A DNA stretch of 62,570 nt, filler included, from a bacterium (GTDB lineage: Bacteria > UBP15 > UBA6099 > JAJRTR01): the NCBI GenBank assembly GCA_024278215.1. It is 7 parts of 7 records of this genome, joined end to end, with 100 filler letters (N's around TTAATTAATTAA, not from the genome) between each part and the next. Parts side by side here need not be neighbours in the genome. Positions count along the whole stretch, not along the records: positions 1 to 19,435 come from JAJRTR010000003.1; 6 more parts are not named here. One strand, written 5' to 3'. Positions 1 to 9,154 of this stretch are shown here, piece by piece. Made by a program: the position numbers and the translations under genes. The notes under the pieces were generated by a model. The model was not told the DNA's origin. It ran no database searches and saw nothing but the letters and a program-made list of their open reading frames with translations. Every line of letters starts with the position of its first letter. Position 1 is the first letter of the stretch.

Positions 1-121
1 AAGAAAACCGCGCAACAAAAAGACCGGTAACATTGCCGTCTGCAAGTGTTGAACATAGCATCACCGGAGATGTACAGCTGTGATTCAGAAATTGCGAATT
101 TCTGTCGCTAATTCTTGACAC
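1..121 (-). CDS. Possible 5' end of a CDS running off the window edge, function unknown
   Basis: GTG at 121 downstream of AAAGGAG; frame open to the window edge (VSRISDRNSQF...). Confidence 0.3.
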   Translation of the reverse strand, partial: MSRISDRNSQFLNHSCTSPVMLCSTLADGNVTGLFVARFS

Positions 122-297
122 CCTTTATTACATCTCCTTTCGAAAAATAAAATTTCAACTCATGCTACGTTGCTTATGTCATCCCGCATACCCAACCGGC
201 ACGTGAAAAATACAGCATAGGAGACAATGCCCCGCCCGTAAACTCCGAGTCCACCGGGCGGGGCAAGTCGATGAAAATATCCGGGGATACTGACTTA

Positions 298-672
298 TTA
301 TGCTTTCCAGTTGCCGTGTAGGTTGCAGTATGCCCTGACCGTTACCGCATCGCCCGTACCGCAGAATTCCGCTTCCGGAGCCGCTCCGGGACTGAGGAAA
401 CGTGTTGTCACCTTGTCGCCGTCTATCACTTCGATCCATTCGATGTAATGTTCGTCGAGCATCGGGTGGGCCGCTTCGCCCACTTTAACTTTGATCCCGT
501 CGTCCGTCTTTTCGACGACCGGCACATGTTTCTCGACTGCCGCGTCGACAGTATTCTCCGCCTGTAGCGTCATCGACTGGCCGCAGCAGATAAGGGTTCC
601 CTTTCCGCCATGCACCAGTTCAACGATATTTCCGCATACGTCACACTTATAAATCTCAAGTTTTTCAGCCAT
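298..672 (-). CDS. dfx: Desulfoferrodoxin (2Fe superoxide reductase)
   Basis: YKCDVCGN...LICCG centre [19 protein letters not shown] and YCNLHG centre II motifs. Start moved to MAEKLEIY. Confidence 0.95.
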   Translation of the reverse strand: MAEKLEIYKCDVCGNIVELVHGGKGTLICCGQSMTLQAENTVDAAVEKHVPVVEKTDDGIKVKVGEAAHPMLDEHYIEWIEVIDGDKVTTRFLSPGAAPEAEFCGTGDAVTVRAYCNLHGNWKA

Positions 673-797
673 ACAAAAACCCCTTTCGCGGCGTCTGCCG
701 CTTTTCATCTGTTCATTTCCGACCCGGTCTAAATCCACCGGTTTATCGCATCATCCCGAATCCGGCAATAGAAAGCAGCGCCGGATTCCATAATTCT

Positions 798-1253
798 TCA
801 GTTTTCCGTCGTCACATTGTCGTCGTACTCGATCTCGAAACGCAGCTTGTGTTTCGCTTCCTCCTGCGCAAGGCTCAGGAATATGTTTTTGAGATTCTCA
901 TCCTCGCTCGCCTCCGCCAGGTCGCTGTAGAGCTTGAACGCGGCTTTCTCGGCCTTCATCGCGATTATGAGGGCATCCTGGTAATCCATATTCGGGCTCG
1001 GCTCGGCGTCCGTCAGATAATCTCCTATTTTAAGATCAAGAACCTTGCCCGGAGCACCCGCCAGAATCTTACCCGACTTCACTGCTTCAAGTTTTTTCTT
1101 ATGACCTTCTTCTTCTTTTGCGAAATCCAGGAAAACCTTTTTCATCCACGCTTTTTCAACCTTCTCCGACAGGTCCCTGTAGAACTTCGCCGCTTCCTCC
1201 TCATTCCCTATTGCAAAATCAAGCACTTCGTCAACCGATTTCCATTCGTTCAT
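798..1253 (-). CDS. Ferritin-like/rubrerythrin-family protein
   Basis: Two ExxH di-iron motifs (EEEGHK, EEAKHK) in a repeated helix-pair pattern. Confidence 0.9.
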   Translation of the reverse strand: MNEWKSVDEVLDFAIGNEEEAAKFYRDLSEKVEKAWMKKVFLDFAKEEEGHKKKLEAVKSGKILAGAPGKVLDLKIGDYLTDAEPSPNMDYQDALIIAMKAEKAAFKLYSDLAEASEDENLKNIFLSLAQEEAKHKLRFEIEYDDNVTTEN

Positions 1254-1295
1254 ATTCGTTCTCCTTAATGATGTGTTTGAAAATATTTTACCCGA

Positions 1296-1868
1296 TTACC
1301 AGTTTTCGCCAAGAATTTCAAAGTAAGCCTGCGGATGCGCACAAGCCGGACAAGCCCCGGGCGCTTCCTCTCCCGTGTGCAGATAACCGCAATTGCGGCA
1401 GCGCCATGTTACCTTCTTGTCGCGTTTGAAAACAGTACCCGCCTCGATATTCGCGGCCAGGTCCAGGTAACGCTTCTCGTGTTGCTTTTCCGCTACAGCG
1501 ATAGACTCGAATATTATAGCGATCGCATCGAATCCTTCTTCGCGCGCAACTTTGGCGAATTCCGGATACATGATCGTATGCTCATGGTTTTCGCCTGCCG
1601 CCGAAGCCTTCAGATTATCCAGCGTGCTCGCTATCGTACCCGCCGGGAAAGCGCCTGTGATCTCGACCTCGCCGCCCTCGAGCAGCTTGAAAAGCCTTTT
1701 CGCGTGCTCCTTCTCCTGGTTTGCCGTTTCCGTGAAAATGTCGCTGATCTGCGCGTAACCTTCCTTTTTCGCCTTGCTCGCGAAATAGGTGTACCTGTTC
1801 CTCGCCTGCGACTCGCCCGCGAATGCCGCCATAATGTTCTTCTCTGTCTTTGTTCCCTTGAGTTCCAT
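1296..1868 (-). CDS. rbr: Rubrerythrin
   Basis: AFAGESQARNRY, EKEHAK, EKQHE and a C-terminal rubredoxin domain CRNCG...CPAC. Confidence 0.97.
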   Translation of the reverse strand: MELKGTKTEKNIMAAFAGESQARNRYTYFASKAKKEGYAQISDIFTETANQEKEHAKRLFKLLEGGEVEITGAFPAGTIASTLDNLKASAAGENHEHTIMYPEFAKVAREEGFDAIAIIFESIAVAEKQHEKRYLDLAANIEAGTVFKRDKKVTWRCRNCGYLHTGEEAPGACPACAHPQAYFEILGENW

Positions 1869-1924
1869 TCCGATCTCCTTTTGTGGTTTATTTTATTTGT
1901 TAATAATTGTACTCGATAGTCAAC

Positions 1925-2470
1925 TTATGCGAAACATTTTACATAAATATCTTTAAGAGTCCTTCGTGCCCTGAAAATGCGCGATTTCACTGTCCCTACC
2001 GGCACGTCGAGAATCTTCGCTATCTGGTCATACGAATAACCTTCGAAGTGATAGAGCGAAAAAGGCAACCTGTATGTGTCGGTCAGTGAATACAGAGCTT
2101 CCTCGAGCCGTTCGTCGATGTGTGTGCTGAAAAAAACGACTTCGGGACTGTAAGAATACAGAGTGTCGGACATTTCAGTCGAGTGGTATGTTATATTGTC
2201 GCACTCTCCCGTCGAGAAATCGCATACCGCCTTATTGCGACGCCTGTTGACATTGTTGATATGCGTGTTCAGCATGATCCTGTTCATCCAGGCGCGGAAG
2301 TTCGTGCCTTTCTCGAAACTGTTCCAGTGCTTGTACGCCTTGAAGACGGTATCCTGCAACAGGTCTTCCGCATCCTCACTCTTGCGCGTCAGGCCGACGG
2401 CACGCGCCCAGAGCTTATCCTTTTCCGTCTCCATCAGATGGCTGAACTCTCTGTCTCTTGTCGCGTTCAT
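1925..2470 (-). CDS. ECF (sigma-70 group 4) RNA polymerase sigma factor
   Basis: DAEDLLQDT, FRAWMNRI, and region 4 YSYDQIAKILDVPVGTVKSRIFRAR. Confidence 0.95.
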   Translation of the reverse strand: MNATRDREFSHLMETEKDKLWARAVGLTRKSEDAEDLLQDTVFKAYKHWNSFEKGTNFRAWMNRIMLNTHINNVNRRRNKAVCDFSTGECDNITYHSTEMSDTLYSYSPEVVFFSTHIDERLEEALYSLTDTYRLPFSLYHFEGYSYDQIAKILDVPVGTVKSRIFRARRTLKDIYVKCFA

Positions 2471-2724
2471 AACTTCACCTTCCTTTCAGTACTACGTATT
2501 TCCACCGTTTCGCTCTTTTTATTCGATTCCCATATTCCCTTTTCTTTGTGTTTCAGTTTTTCCTCTTCGGCACGAGCCCTGAGCTTGTATGCGCAGTCGC
2601 GCACCATTCCATATAAGACGCCGCAACTATCGTCTGTTCGAGCGTCGTCGCCCTCATCAGCCAGGACCATCAACTCCCTGGAAAGACTTATGACTCTTTC
2701 GATATTACAGTTGTAATCTTTCAA
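2467..2724 (-). CDS. Small Cys-containing helical hypothetical protein, overlapping the ECF start
   Basis: TTG start after GAAGGAG; ATGA overlap with the ECF gene; motif LADEGDDARTDDSCGVLYGMVRDCAYKL. Confidence 0.75.
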   Translation of the reverse strand: MKDYNCNIERVISLSRELMVLADEGDDARTDDSCGVLYGMVRDCAYKLRARAEEEKLKHKEKGIWESNKKSETVEIRSTERKVKL

Positions 2725-2777
2725 ATCCCTGTCTCCTTCGGAATTGTGCTGATTCTTTCTGACATTGACGAATAAAG

Positions 2778-2793
2778 TTCAATTATCATGCCG
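2778..2793 (-). promoter_or_regulatory. Putative sigma54 -24/-12 promoter
   Basis: Minus strand CGGCAT-GATAA-TTGAA against consensus TGGCAC-N5-TTGCW, with correct spacing, about 55 bp before the start at 2724. Confidence 0.65.
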
Positions 2794-2905
2794 ACCTGCC
2801 TACATCCGCAAATAAAGTTGTCGGGGTCTTGAAAAAACGGGGTTTTAACAGCGTTTTTAATTATTCACAGGAGGCGCTTGCAGCACTTTATCAAAATCGC
2901 CCAAC

Positions 2906-2924
2906 ATGTCTCTTTTCGAGACAT
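2906..2924. promoter_or_regulatory. Putative enhancer (UAS) for a sigma54 activator
   Basis: Perfect inverted repeat ATGTCTC-TTTTC-GAGACAT about 115-130 bp upstream of the -24 element. Related half-sites at 2949-2954, 3053-3058 and 3071-3076. Confidence 0.6.
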
Positions 2925-3104
2925 ATATTATCTGTGGCAAGTAAAATGGCGACACTTTTTCACACATCGCTATGTAGATGAGCCAGGGAGGTATAGCAGT
3001 ACGTAACGACAGAAAAGAGAGCGGTGAACAAATAATGTCCAACAATAATTATGAGACACTTATGCCTTGTGAGACATAAAAGAGGGTGAAGGCAGGTAGT
3101 CGGT

Positions 3105-4865
3105 TCACATATCATCAATAAAACGATATAGTGTGGCGCGAGCAACGCCAAGCAGCTTCGCCGCGCGCGACTTGTTGCCTCCGGTACTTTCAAGAGCAGC
3201 GCGAACCGAGTTCTCATCGAGTATCCGCCTGCGCCCCGGTTTTATGGTGGTGGCGGCATCAGGTCTGACACATACCTCCGGCGGCAGGTGTATCGGTTCG
3301 ATCAAATCGCCCCGGCATTTTACAAGCGCGAACTGTATGGCGTTCTGCAATTGCCGCACGTTGCCGGGCCAGTAGTAATCCAGAAGAACGTCCACGGAAT
3401 CAGCGGAAAAACGCACCTCTTTACTGTCCGAATCGGATGACATGGTTTTTAAAAAATGCTCGGCGAGCAACAGGATATCGTTGCGCCGTTCACGAAGCGG
3501 CGGAAGTGTGACAGGCACCACGCAGAGCCGGTAGTAAAGGTCTTCTCGAAAAACGCCTTTTTCCATGAGATTCTTCAGGTCCCTGTTGGTTGCGCTGATC
3601 GCCCGCACGTTCACTTTAATGATTTTCTCGTCGCCGACGCGCTCGATGGTGCCTTCCTGTAGTACGCGAAGGAGTTTCACTTGGATAGAAAACGGCATTT
3701 CTCCGATTTCGTCGAGAAAGATAGTGCCGCCGTCCGCCAGTTCGAAGCGCCCTTTTTTGTCTCTGACGGCACCGGTGAACGCGCCCCTGACATGGCCGAA
3801 AAGTTCGCTTTCTATCGTCCCTTCAGGTAGAGCGCCGCAATTCACAGGCACAAAGAGATTGCCCGCGCGACGGCTCTCATTGTGTATCGCAGCCGCTACC
3901 AGTTCCTTGCCGGTTCCGGTTTCGCCCTGGATCAGCACCGGCGCGTCACTCTCTGACAGGTCGCGGATAAGGTTGAACACTGCCTGCATTTTATGGTCTT
4001 TCCCGATGATTCCGTCAAACTGGCGTGTGTCCTCGAGGCGGCTTTCGAGTTCGACTATTCGTGTGGTGTCCTTGAAAGACGCGATCACTCCGACGGTAGC
4101 GCCCGTCTCGTCGTACATAGGTACTACGGACATTTCAACGCGCCGCTTTTCGCCGTCTCGCGTGAGCATTTCCACCGGGTATGCCCTGTGGTCAAATTCG
4201 GCGACCGCATTGCCCCGGAAACTGCATTTTCCGCCGCAGAAACCTTCGGGAAATGTTTCGTGGCAATCATGCCCCACTACCTGATCCGCCGGATGGCCGG
4301 TTATTCTTTCGGCAGCTTTATTGAAATGCAGGATACGTCTATCGAGATCGTGAACGATTATTCCATCCGTTAAATTATTGAGGACTGTGCTGAACTGTCT
4401 CTTCATGGAAAGTATTACATCGTAGTAGCCTCTTTCGAAAAAATCGAATACGAGTTGCCTGATACGGTCTCGCGAGTTGCGAAACACCTCGATGATTTCC
4501 TCATCGGTACCGGTCGCGGAGGCAGGGTCCGGCAGGTTCCAGGGGATGACGGGCGGAGTGCCCGGCAGCGGCGGACAGTTTTCCCTCGCGTGATTACACA
4601 GAGTAATAACTGCATCGAAAGCGATTGAATCAAAACTCTTCATATCTCTGGTTTTATGGTTCGAAATATCAATGCCGATTTCTTTCATGACAGTGACGGC
4701 AAGTGGATTTACGCTTGCGGCGGGGTCTGTCCCCGCGCTGATTGTCTCCACACCATCCGGCGACGCCCCGCGTGCGAACGCTTCGGCCATCTGGCTGCGG
4801 CACGAATTCCCCGTGCATAGAAATAGAACTCTATTCATTTTTATGTTTTCAGTCACACTTTCCAC
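3105..4865 (-). CDS. Sigma54-dependent activator with N-terminal ArsC/LMW-PTP domain, PAS domain, AAA+ and Fis-type HTH
   Basis: CTGNSCRSQMAE, ITLCNHARENCP, LPDP; PAS region; GETGTGKE, GAFTGA, WPGNVRQL; C-terminal HTH. The start may be ATG 4838. Confidence 0.92.
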   Translation of the reverse strand: MESVTENIKMNRVLFLCTGNSCRSQMAEAFARGASPDGVETISAGTDPAASVNPLAVTVMKEIGIDISNHKTRDMKSFDSIAFDAVITLCNHARENCPPLPGTPPVIPWNLPDPASATGTDEEIIEVFRNSRDRIRQLVFDFFERGYYDVILSMKRQFSTVLNNLTDGIIVHDLDRRILHFNKAAERITGHPADQVVGHDCHETFPEGFCGGKCSFRGNAVAEFDHRAYPVEMLTRDGEKRRVEMSVVPMYDETGATVGVIASFKDTTRIVELESRLEDTRQFDGIIGKDHKMQAVFNLIRDLSESDAPVLIQGETGTGKELVAAAIHNESRRAGNLFVPVNCGALPEGTIESELFGHVRGAFTGAVRDKKGRFELADGGTIFLDEIGEMPFSIQVKLLRVLQEGTIERVGDEKIIKVNVRAISATNRDLKNLMEKGVFREDLYYRLCVVPVTLPPLRERRNDILLLAEHFLKTMSSDSDSKEVRFSADSVDVLLDYYWPGNVRQLQNAIQFALVKCRGDLIEPIHLPPEVCVRPDAATTIKPGRRRILDENSVRAALESTGGNKSRAAKLLGVARATLYRFIDDM

Positions 4866-5024
4866 AATTTAACAACTTCCATTCATAATGCCTGATTTGT
4901 GCTGTTCAGTCAACATATAATATTCGCGGAGATTGTGCAACACAAAAGTGATAATGAGATGGAGAAAGCGGAATATTTCAGTTTATGCAAACCCGGGGAG
5001 GACTCTGAGTTCGATATTCAACAA

Positions 5025-6212
5025 TCATCTTGTTTCTCTGTCGTCGATATGCGGATATTCGCAGCCGTCCGGGCCGCAGTAATCACCTGTGTAGTCGGCT
5101 CTGGGCCTGTAAAGCTGGGGTTTCGGCTGTGCTTCTGCAAACTTTTCTTCAATAACATGGGCAGTCCAGCCGGCGATTCTCGATAATGCGAATATCGGCG
5201 TGTAGACATTCGGCTCTATTCCCATGTAATAGTAAACCGACGCACTGAAGAAATCGACATTGGGAAAAATATCACGGCCCTTGAGGTCCAGAAAATGTTT
5301 CTTTGTGGATTCCATAATCTGAACTGTCATGTCATACCATCGCGTATCGCCTGTTCTTTTCGCGAGCCGCTCACTCATGGGTTTGAGAATAAGCATCCTG
5401 GGATCGTCGGTTTTGTAAACAGCATGACCCATGCCGAATATTTTACCGCCGGATTCGAGTTGTGAGCGCACCCATGAATCAATCGCGGCAGGGTCTTTAA
5501 TATCCAGAAGCATGTTCATTACTTTAGTATTTGCGCCGCCGTGCAGCCTGCCGCCCAGCGCGCCGACGGCGGCGGAGATGGAAGCATAGATACTCGCCTG
5601 AGTGGACGCTACCTGCCGGGCGGTAAAGGTAGATGCGTTGAAAGTGTGGTCGGCATGAAGTATAAGGCAAAGGTCGAAGTCTTTCGCAGTGTCGGGATCA
5701 GGTTTTTCGCCGTGCAGCATGTAAAGGAAATTGGCAGCGTGATCGAGTTCGGGGTCGGGATGAATAATTTGCAGCCCCTTTTTAATGCGTTCCCAATAGG
5801 CAACAATTGTGGGGAGCTTCGAGATGAGTGAAACCGCCCTGTAGAGATTTGTTCCCTTTGTGTCGTCATCCGGCAAGTCGTCGTAGTCGGCAAGTGCAGC
5901 TGTCGCAGACTGGAGAACATCCATGGGCGCGGCGTTTTTCGGTCTTTCGGCTATGTTGCTAACCAGCATATCGGGCAGATCGCGATTTTTACGGAACTCC
6001 TCATCGAGTGATACGTACTCATCTCTCGACGGCAGATACCCATATATCAGAAGAAAAGCAACTTCCTCGAATGTCGAGCGTGTCGCGAGATCATTTATGT
6101 TATATCCACGGAACAGAAGGTTGCCCGTTTCCGCTTCGACCTTGCTGATGCGTGTGTCCGCGACCGTCACGCCCCGGAGCCCGATATTCTTCACTTCAAT
6201 ATTATCCGTCAT
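5025..6212 (-). CDS. gltA: Citrate synthase
   Basis: GLRGV, LHADHTFNASTF, LHGGAN, GMGHAVYK, PNVDF motifs. Confidence 0.93.
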   Translation of the reverse strand: MTDNIEVKNIGLRGVTVADTRISKVEAETGNLLFRGYNINDLATRSTFEEVAFLLIYGYLPSRDEYVSLDEEFRKNRDLPDMLVSNIAERPKNAAPMDVLQSATAALADYDDLPDDDTKGTNLYRAVSLISKLPTIVAYWERIKKGLQIIHPDPELDHAANFLYMLHGEKPDPDTAKDFDLCLILHADHTFNASTFTARQVASTQASIYASISAAVGALGGRLHGGANTKVMNMLLDIKDPAAIDSWVRSQLESGGKIFGMGHAVYKTDDPRMLILKPMSERLAKRTGDTRWYDMTVQIMESTKKHFLDLKGRDIFPNVDFFSASVYYYMGIEPNVYTPIFALSRIAGWTAHVIEEKFAEAQPKPQLYRPRADYTGDYCGPDGCEYPHIDDRETR

Positions 6213-6226
6213 GCTCCACCTCCGTA

Positions 6227-6997
6227 TTATTCTTCGAGGTTCATGATTCCCGGCCTCGTGAGCGCGAAATCATATTTTGCGGGGTCGCCGGGACAAATAT
6301 TTCTGAATGCAGCAGTTACTTCCAGCGCAGTTTTCAAATCCGCCTGTTTCCTTGTCGTTATGCCCATCGCCAAGCTAATCCTGTGTATATGCGTGTCCAC
6401 CGGCACCACAAGAGCGGAAGCGGGGATACTGCTCCACACTCCGGGGCAGACATTATCCTTGCGCACCATCCAGCACAGATAAAGATTCAACCTTTTACAT
6501 GCGCTTCCGCGCCCCGGCGACGGCAGAAGAAATTTCAACTCGTTTCCGCCGGACATCTCAGCGACAAAACCTTCGAGCGCCGGTATCACCGTTTCATGCT
6601 CATCACGGTAGCAACTAAAAAAACAATTTTCGAGCGAGCCATGTTTTTTTAATATTGTTCTCACACCGCACAACATTCCGGCGACATGTTCGCCTGTGGT
6701 AAATCGGTGCTTGAACCCAGCCAGCTTCTTTCTTGTACCGGAAGGCGACGTGCCGCGAATAAACTCCACTGGATGCCGTCCCATGACATCGAGTACACGG
6801 GCGACACTCGCTTTTATCTGCGCAACCCGCCCGTAAGCCAGCGAAGATACGATCAGCCCCACTACTTCACGGTCCGCCGCACTGTCGTACTCATAGACAA
6901 ACTTCAGCGGGTCCGAAGATATATATTCTTCTCTGTTATATCTCCTGTAAAGTTTCTCAAGAGTTTTCTTGTTGAAATGCGCAGGCGTAAATTCCAT
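6227..6997 (-). CDS. TIGR02757/DUF2400 family protein (HhH-like)
   Basis: DP...LAYGRV, SACKRLNLYLCWMVRKD, VPVDTH, DPAKYDFAL. Confidence 0.88.
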   Translation of the reverse strand: MEFTPAHFNKKTLEKLYRRYNREEYISSDPLKFVYEYDSAADREVVGLIVSSLAYGRVAQIKASVARVLDVMGRHPVEFIRGTSPSGTRKKLAGFKHRFTTGEHVAGMLCGVRTILKKHGSLENCFFSCYRDEHETVIPALEGFVAEMSGGNELKFLLPSPGRGSACKRLNLYLCWMVRKDNVCPGVWSSIPASALVVPVDTHIHRISLAMGITTRKQADLKTALEVTAAFRNICPGDPAKYDFALTRPGIMNLEE

Positions 6998-7120
6998 GTT
7001 ATTGTTCCTGTTTACTCCCGTCCCGACATATAGATAATACACAAATATTCACGGAGTCTCTTCAATATATATAACAGGGATGCTATTCGAATAGTTTCAA
7101 AAAACGGAAATATCAACTAC

Positions 7121-7153
7121 AAAAAAACCGGCCGCGATGAACAGCGACCGGTC
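7121..7153 (-). terminator. Rho-independent terminator after the cytochrome operon
   Basis: Minus-strand stem GACCGGTCGC/GCGGCCGGTT followed by a T run. Confidence 0.7.
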
Positions 7154-7179
7154 TTATAATATTTCGAGATTCAGTGATT

Positions 7180-8541
7180 TTATTCCGGGCCGGAATTCAT
7201 AACAGTACTAAGTTCTTCGATCTTATTGTTCTTGATCCTGTAGTCATAGATATCTTCCATATCCTTGTAGACCTGGAATATCTGGAAGAAACCGTGCCAT
7301 TGTGTATAATCGGCTCCGAACATGGCGGTGCCCTGCCTGGCGCGGCGGCCAGTGTGATGCCACAAATAATAATTGAGTTCCTGGAAACCGTCACTCCATG
7401 GATCGTCCTTCAGGAGGTTTTTACTCTTGAGGTCATTCTTCATGGCAGTAGCTTTATCAAAGTAGAAATTGTAGAGATCGACCGCGTTGTCCAGATTGGA
7501 TCTCTGGACATCGGTATGTGTTTTTGCATGGCAATTGCTGCAAACCTGCCGCATCAGCTTATCGCCTTTCTCGCCGTTGCCGCGTTCGCCGGACCTGACA
7601 ACGCTTCTGGGGTGAACAAGGTCCCATTTCAATCTTTCATTTATATTATGAGTAGTATTCAGATCACCGATGCCACTCATGTGACATGTGGCACAAGTGG
7701 GCGCAGTGTAATCGCCCGGCTCCCATACGCCGGGGGCGCTGTCCCATTTCCATTCGTCTCCGTGAGCGAGGAACTGCTGCCCGTGTTTGCTGCTGAGGTA
7801 AATCTCGATGTCCGGATGATCCGGGCCGAGGTGGCAGCTCGCGCAGGCTTCGGGTTTTCTGGCTTCTTTGAGGTCGAAGTTGTGGCGTGTATGGCAGACT
7901 GTACAGTTTCCGATGCCACCGTCGGGATACCGTTCACCGATGCCGCCGGGCCATGTATTGTTTATCGGCCTGTTGTCCGGGCCGAGTTGCACCTCGCCGC
8001 CGTGGCAGGACTGGCATCCTGCCGCCCTCACAGTGCTGACGGAAGGAGCGTCTTTATCATTACCTGCGAAAACGCCGCCTTCCAAATGGTACATCAGTTT
8101 CTGGAATTTATCTTTTTCGAGAACCGGCACGCCAGCGAGTCGCGCGTGTCCGCTTTTCGAGAACTGCTCGACTTCCGCCGGATGGCAGCGTGCGCAAGTT
8201 TTCGGCGACACCATAGGAGAGATGAAAATCTTACTGCCCTTTATCCCCTCGCACTGGCCTGCCATGGGCGAACTCTTTTTCACGGAATGGCAGTCGATGC
8301 AGGAAACCGCCGCATGGGACATGCGACCGCTTTTCCATGACTCGACGATGCCGGGTGTTTTCTTCGCGTGGCACTCGACACACTTCGCCGCGTCTTTCGT
8401 GTATCCCTGGTCGATTGTTATTTCGCGCAGACCGTCAAGGTTCAGCGAACCGTTCTTTTCGGCTGCCCATAGCACGGAAAAAGCTGCCGCTACCATGAAC
8501 ACTGTCACAAGGACAATAAAAAGTTTTCTCGCTCTTGCCAT
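7180..8541 (-). CDS. Octaheme cytochrome c of the hydroxylamine oxidoreductase family (probably reductive, epsilon-Hao-like)
   Basis: Signal peptide; eight CxxCH motifs (CVECH, CIDCH, CARCH, CQSCH, CTVCH, CASCH, CATCH, CSNCH); CHLGPDHP motif; C-terminal [14 protein letters not shown]. Confidence 0.88.
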   Translation of the reverse strand: MARARKLFIVLVTVFMVAAAFSVLWAAEKNGSLNLDGLREITIDQGYTKDAAKCVECHAKKTPGIVESWKSGRMSHAAVSCIDCHSVKKSSPMAGQCEGIKGSKIFISPMVSPKTCARCHPAEVEQFSKSGHARLAGVPVLEKDKFQKLMYHLEGGVFAGNDKDAPSVSTVRAAGCQSCHGGEVQLGPDNRPINNTWPGGIGERYPDGGIGNCTVCHTRHNFDLKEARKPEACASCHLGPDHPDIEIYLSSKHGQQFLAHGDEWKWDSAPGVWEPGDYTAPTCATCHMSGIGDLNTTHNINERLKWDLVHPRSVVRSGERGNGEKGDKLMRQVCSNCHAKTHTDVQRSNLDNAVDLYNFYFDKATAMKNDLKSKNLLKDDPWSDGFQELNYYLWHHTGRRARQGTAMFGADYTQWHGFFQIFQVYKDMEDIYDYRIKNNKIEELSTVMNSGPE

Positions 8542-8608
8542 ATCTTTCTCCTTATGCGGTTTTATAAATTCATATATCTTACCCTGCCTGCGGGTTCTTG
8601 AAAACAGT

Positions 8609-9133
8609 TTACTCCCGTATGTTGTCTGCGCTCATGAAATCCGCGACATCGCCATGACCGGCTTCATCATGACACGTAACACACGTCATGCTCGTCTCGC
8701 CGAGTTTATACTGATTATGCGCCCGGTAAGCCTTGAGCGGTATGCCTTGCGCCACCAGTTCGACATGACATTTCCTGCATCCGGTGTGGTACGTGTATTC
8801 TTCGCTGTCTTCGAGATTCGCGATCCAGTCCGTCTTCCTGCCGGTAATGTGCGCCCAGGTATCGTTCGCTCCGGACTTCCCCTTGGCCAGCATGTATGCC
8901 AGGGTACCGGTGTGAGGCAGGTGACAGTCGACACAGACAGCTTTCACGACACCCTTGTCTTTCATACCGTGCGAAGTCTCGCTCCACGAATCGTAAAAAG
9001 GCTGCATCTCGTGGCAGGACGCGCAATATTCAGGTGTGCTTGTATACTCGACAGCCGAGTAAAAAACCAGCGACGATATTCCGATAACGATCAGAATAAC
9101 GAACAGCTTTATAAATATCGCTCGATTAAACAT
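8609..9133 (-). CDS. NapC/NirT/NrfH-family membrane tetraheme cytochrome c
   Basis: N-terminal TM helix, [13 protein letters not shown], four CxxCH motifs. Confidence 0.92.
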   Translation of the reverse strand: MFNRAIFIKLFVILIVIGISSLVFYSAVEYTSTPEYCASCHEMQPFYDSWSETSHGMKDKGVVKAVCVDCHLPHTGTLAYMLAKGKSGANDTWAHITGRKTDWIANLEDSEEYTYHTGCRKCHVELVAQGIPLKAYRAHNQYKLGETSMTCVTCHDEAGHGDVADFMSADNIRE

Positions 9134-9154
9134 TATTCCTGCCCATTATATACA

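Noticed and set aside
1880-1924. PerR/Fur-like box upstream of rubrerythrin
   Set aside because: AT-rich partial symmetry only; too degenerate to call by eye.
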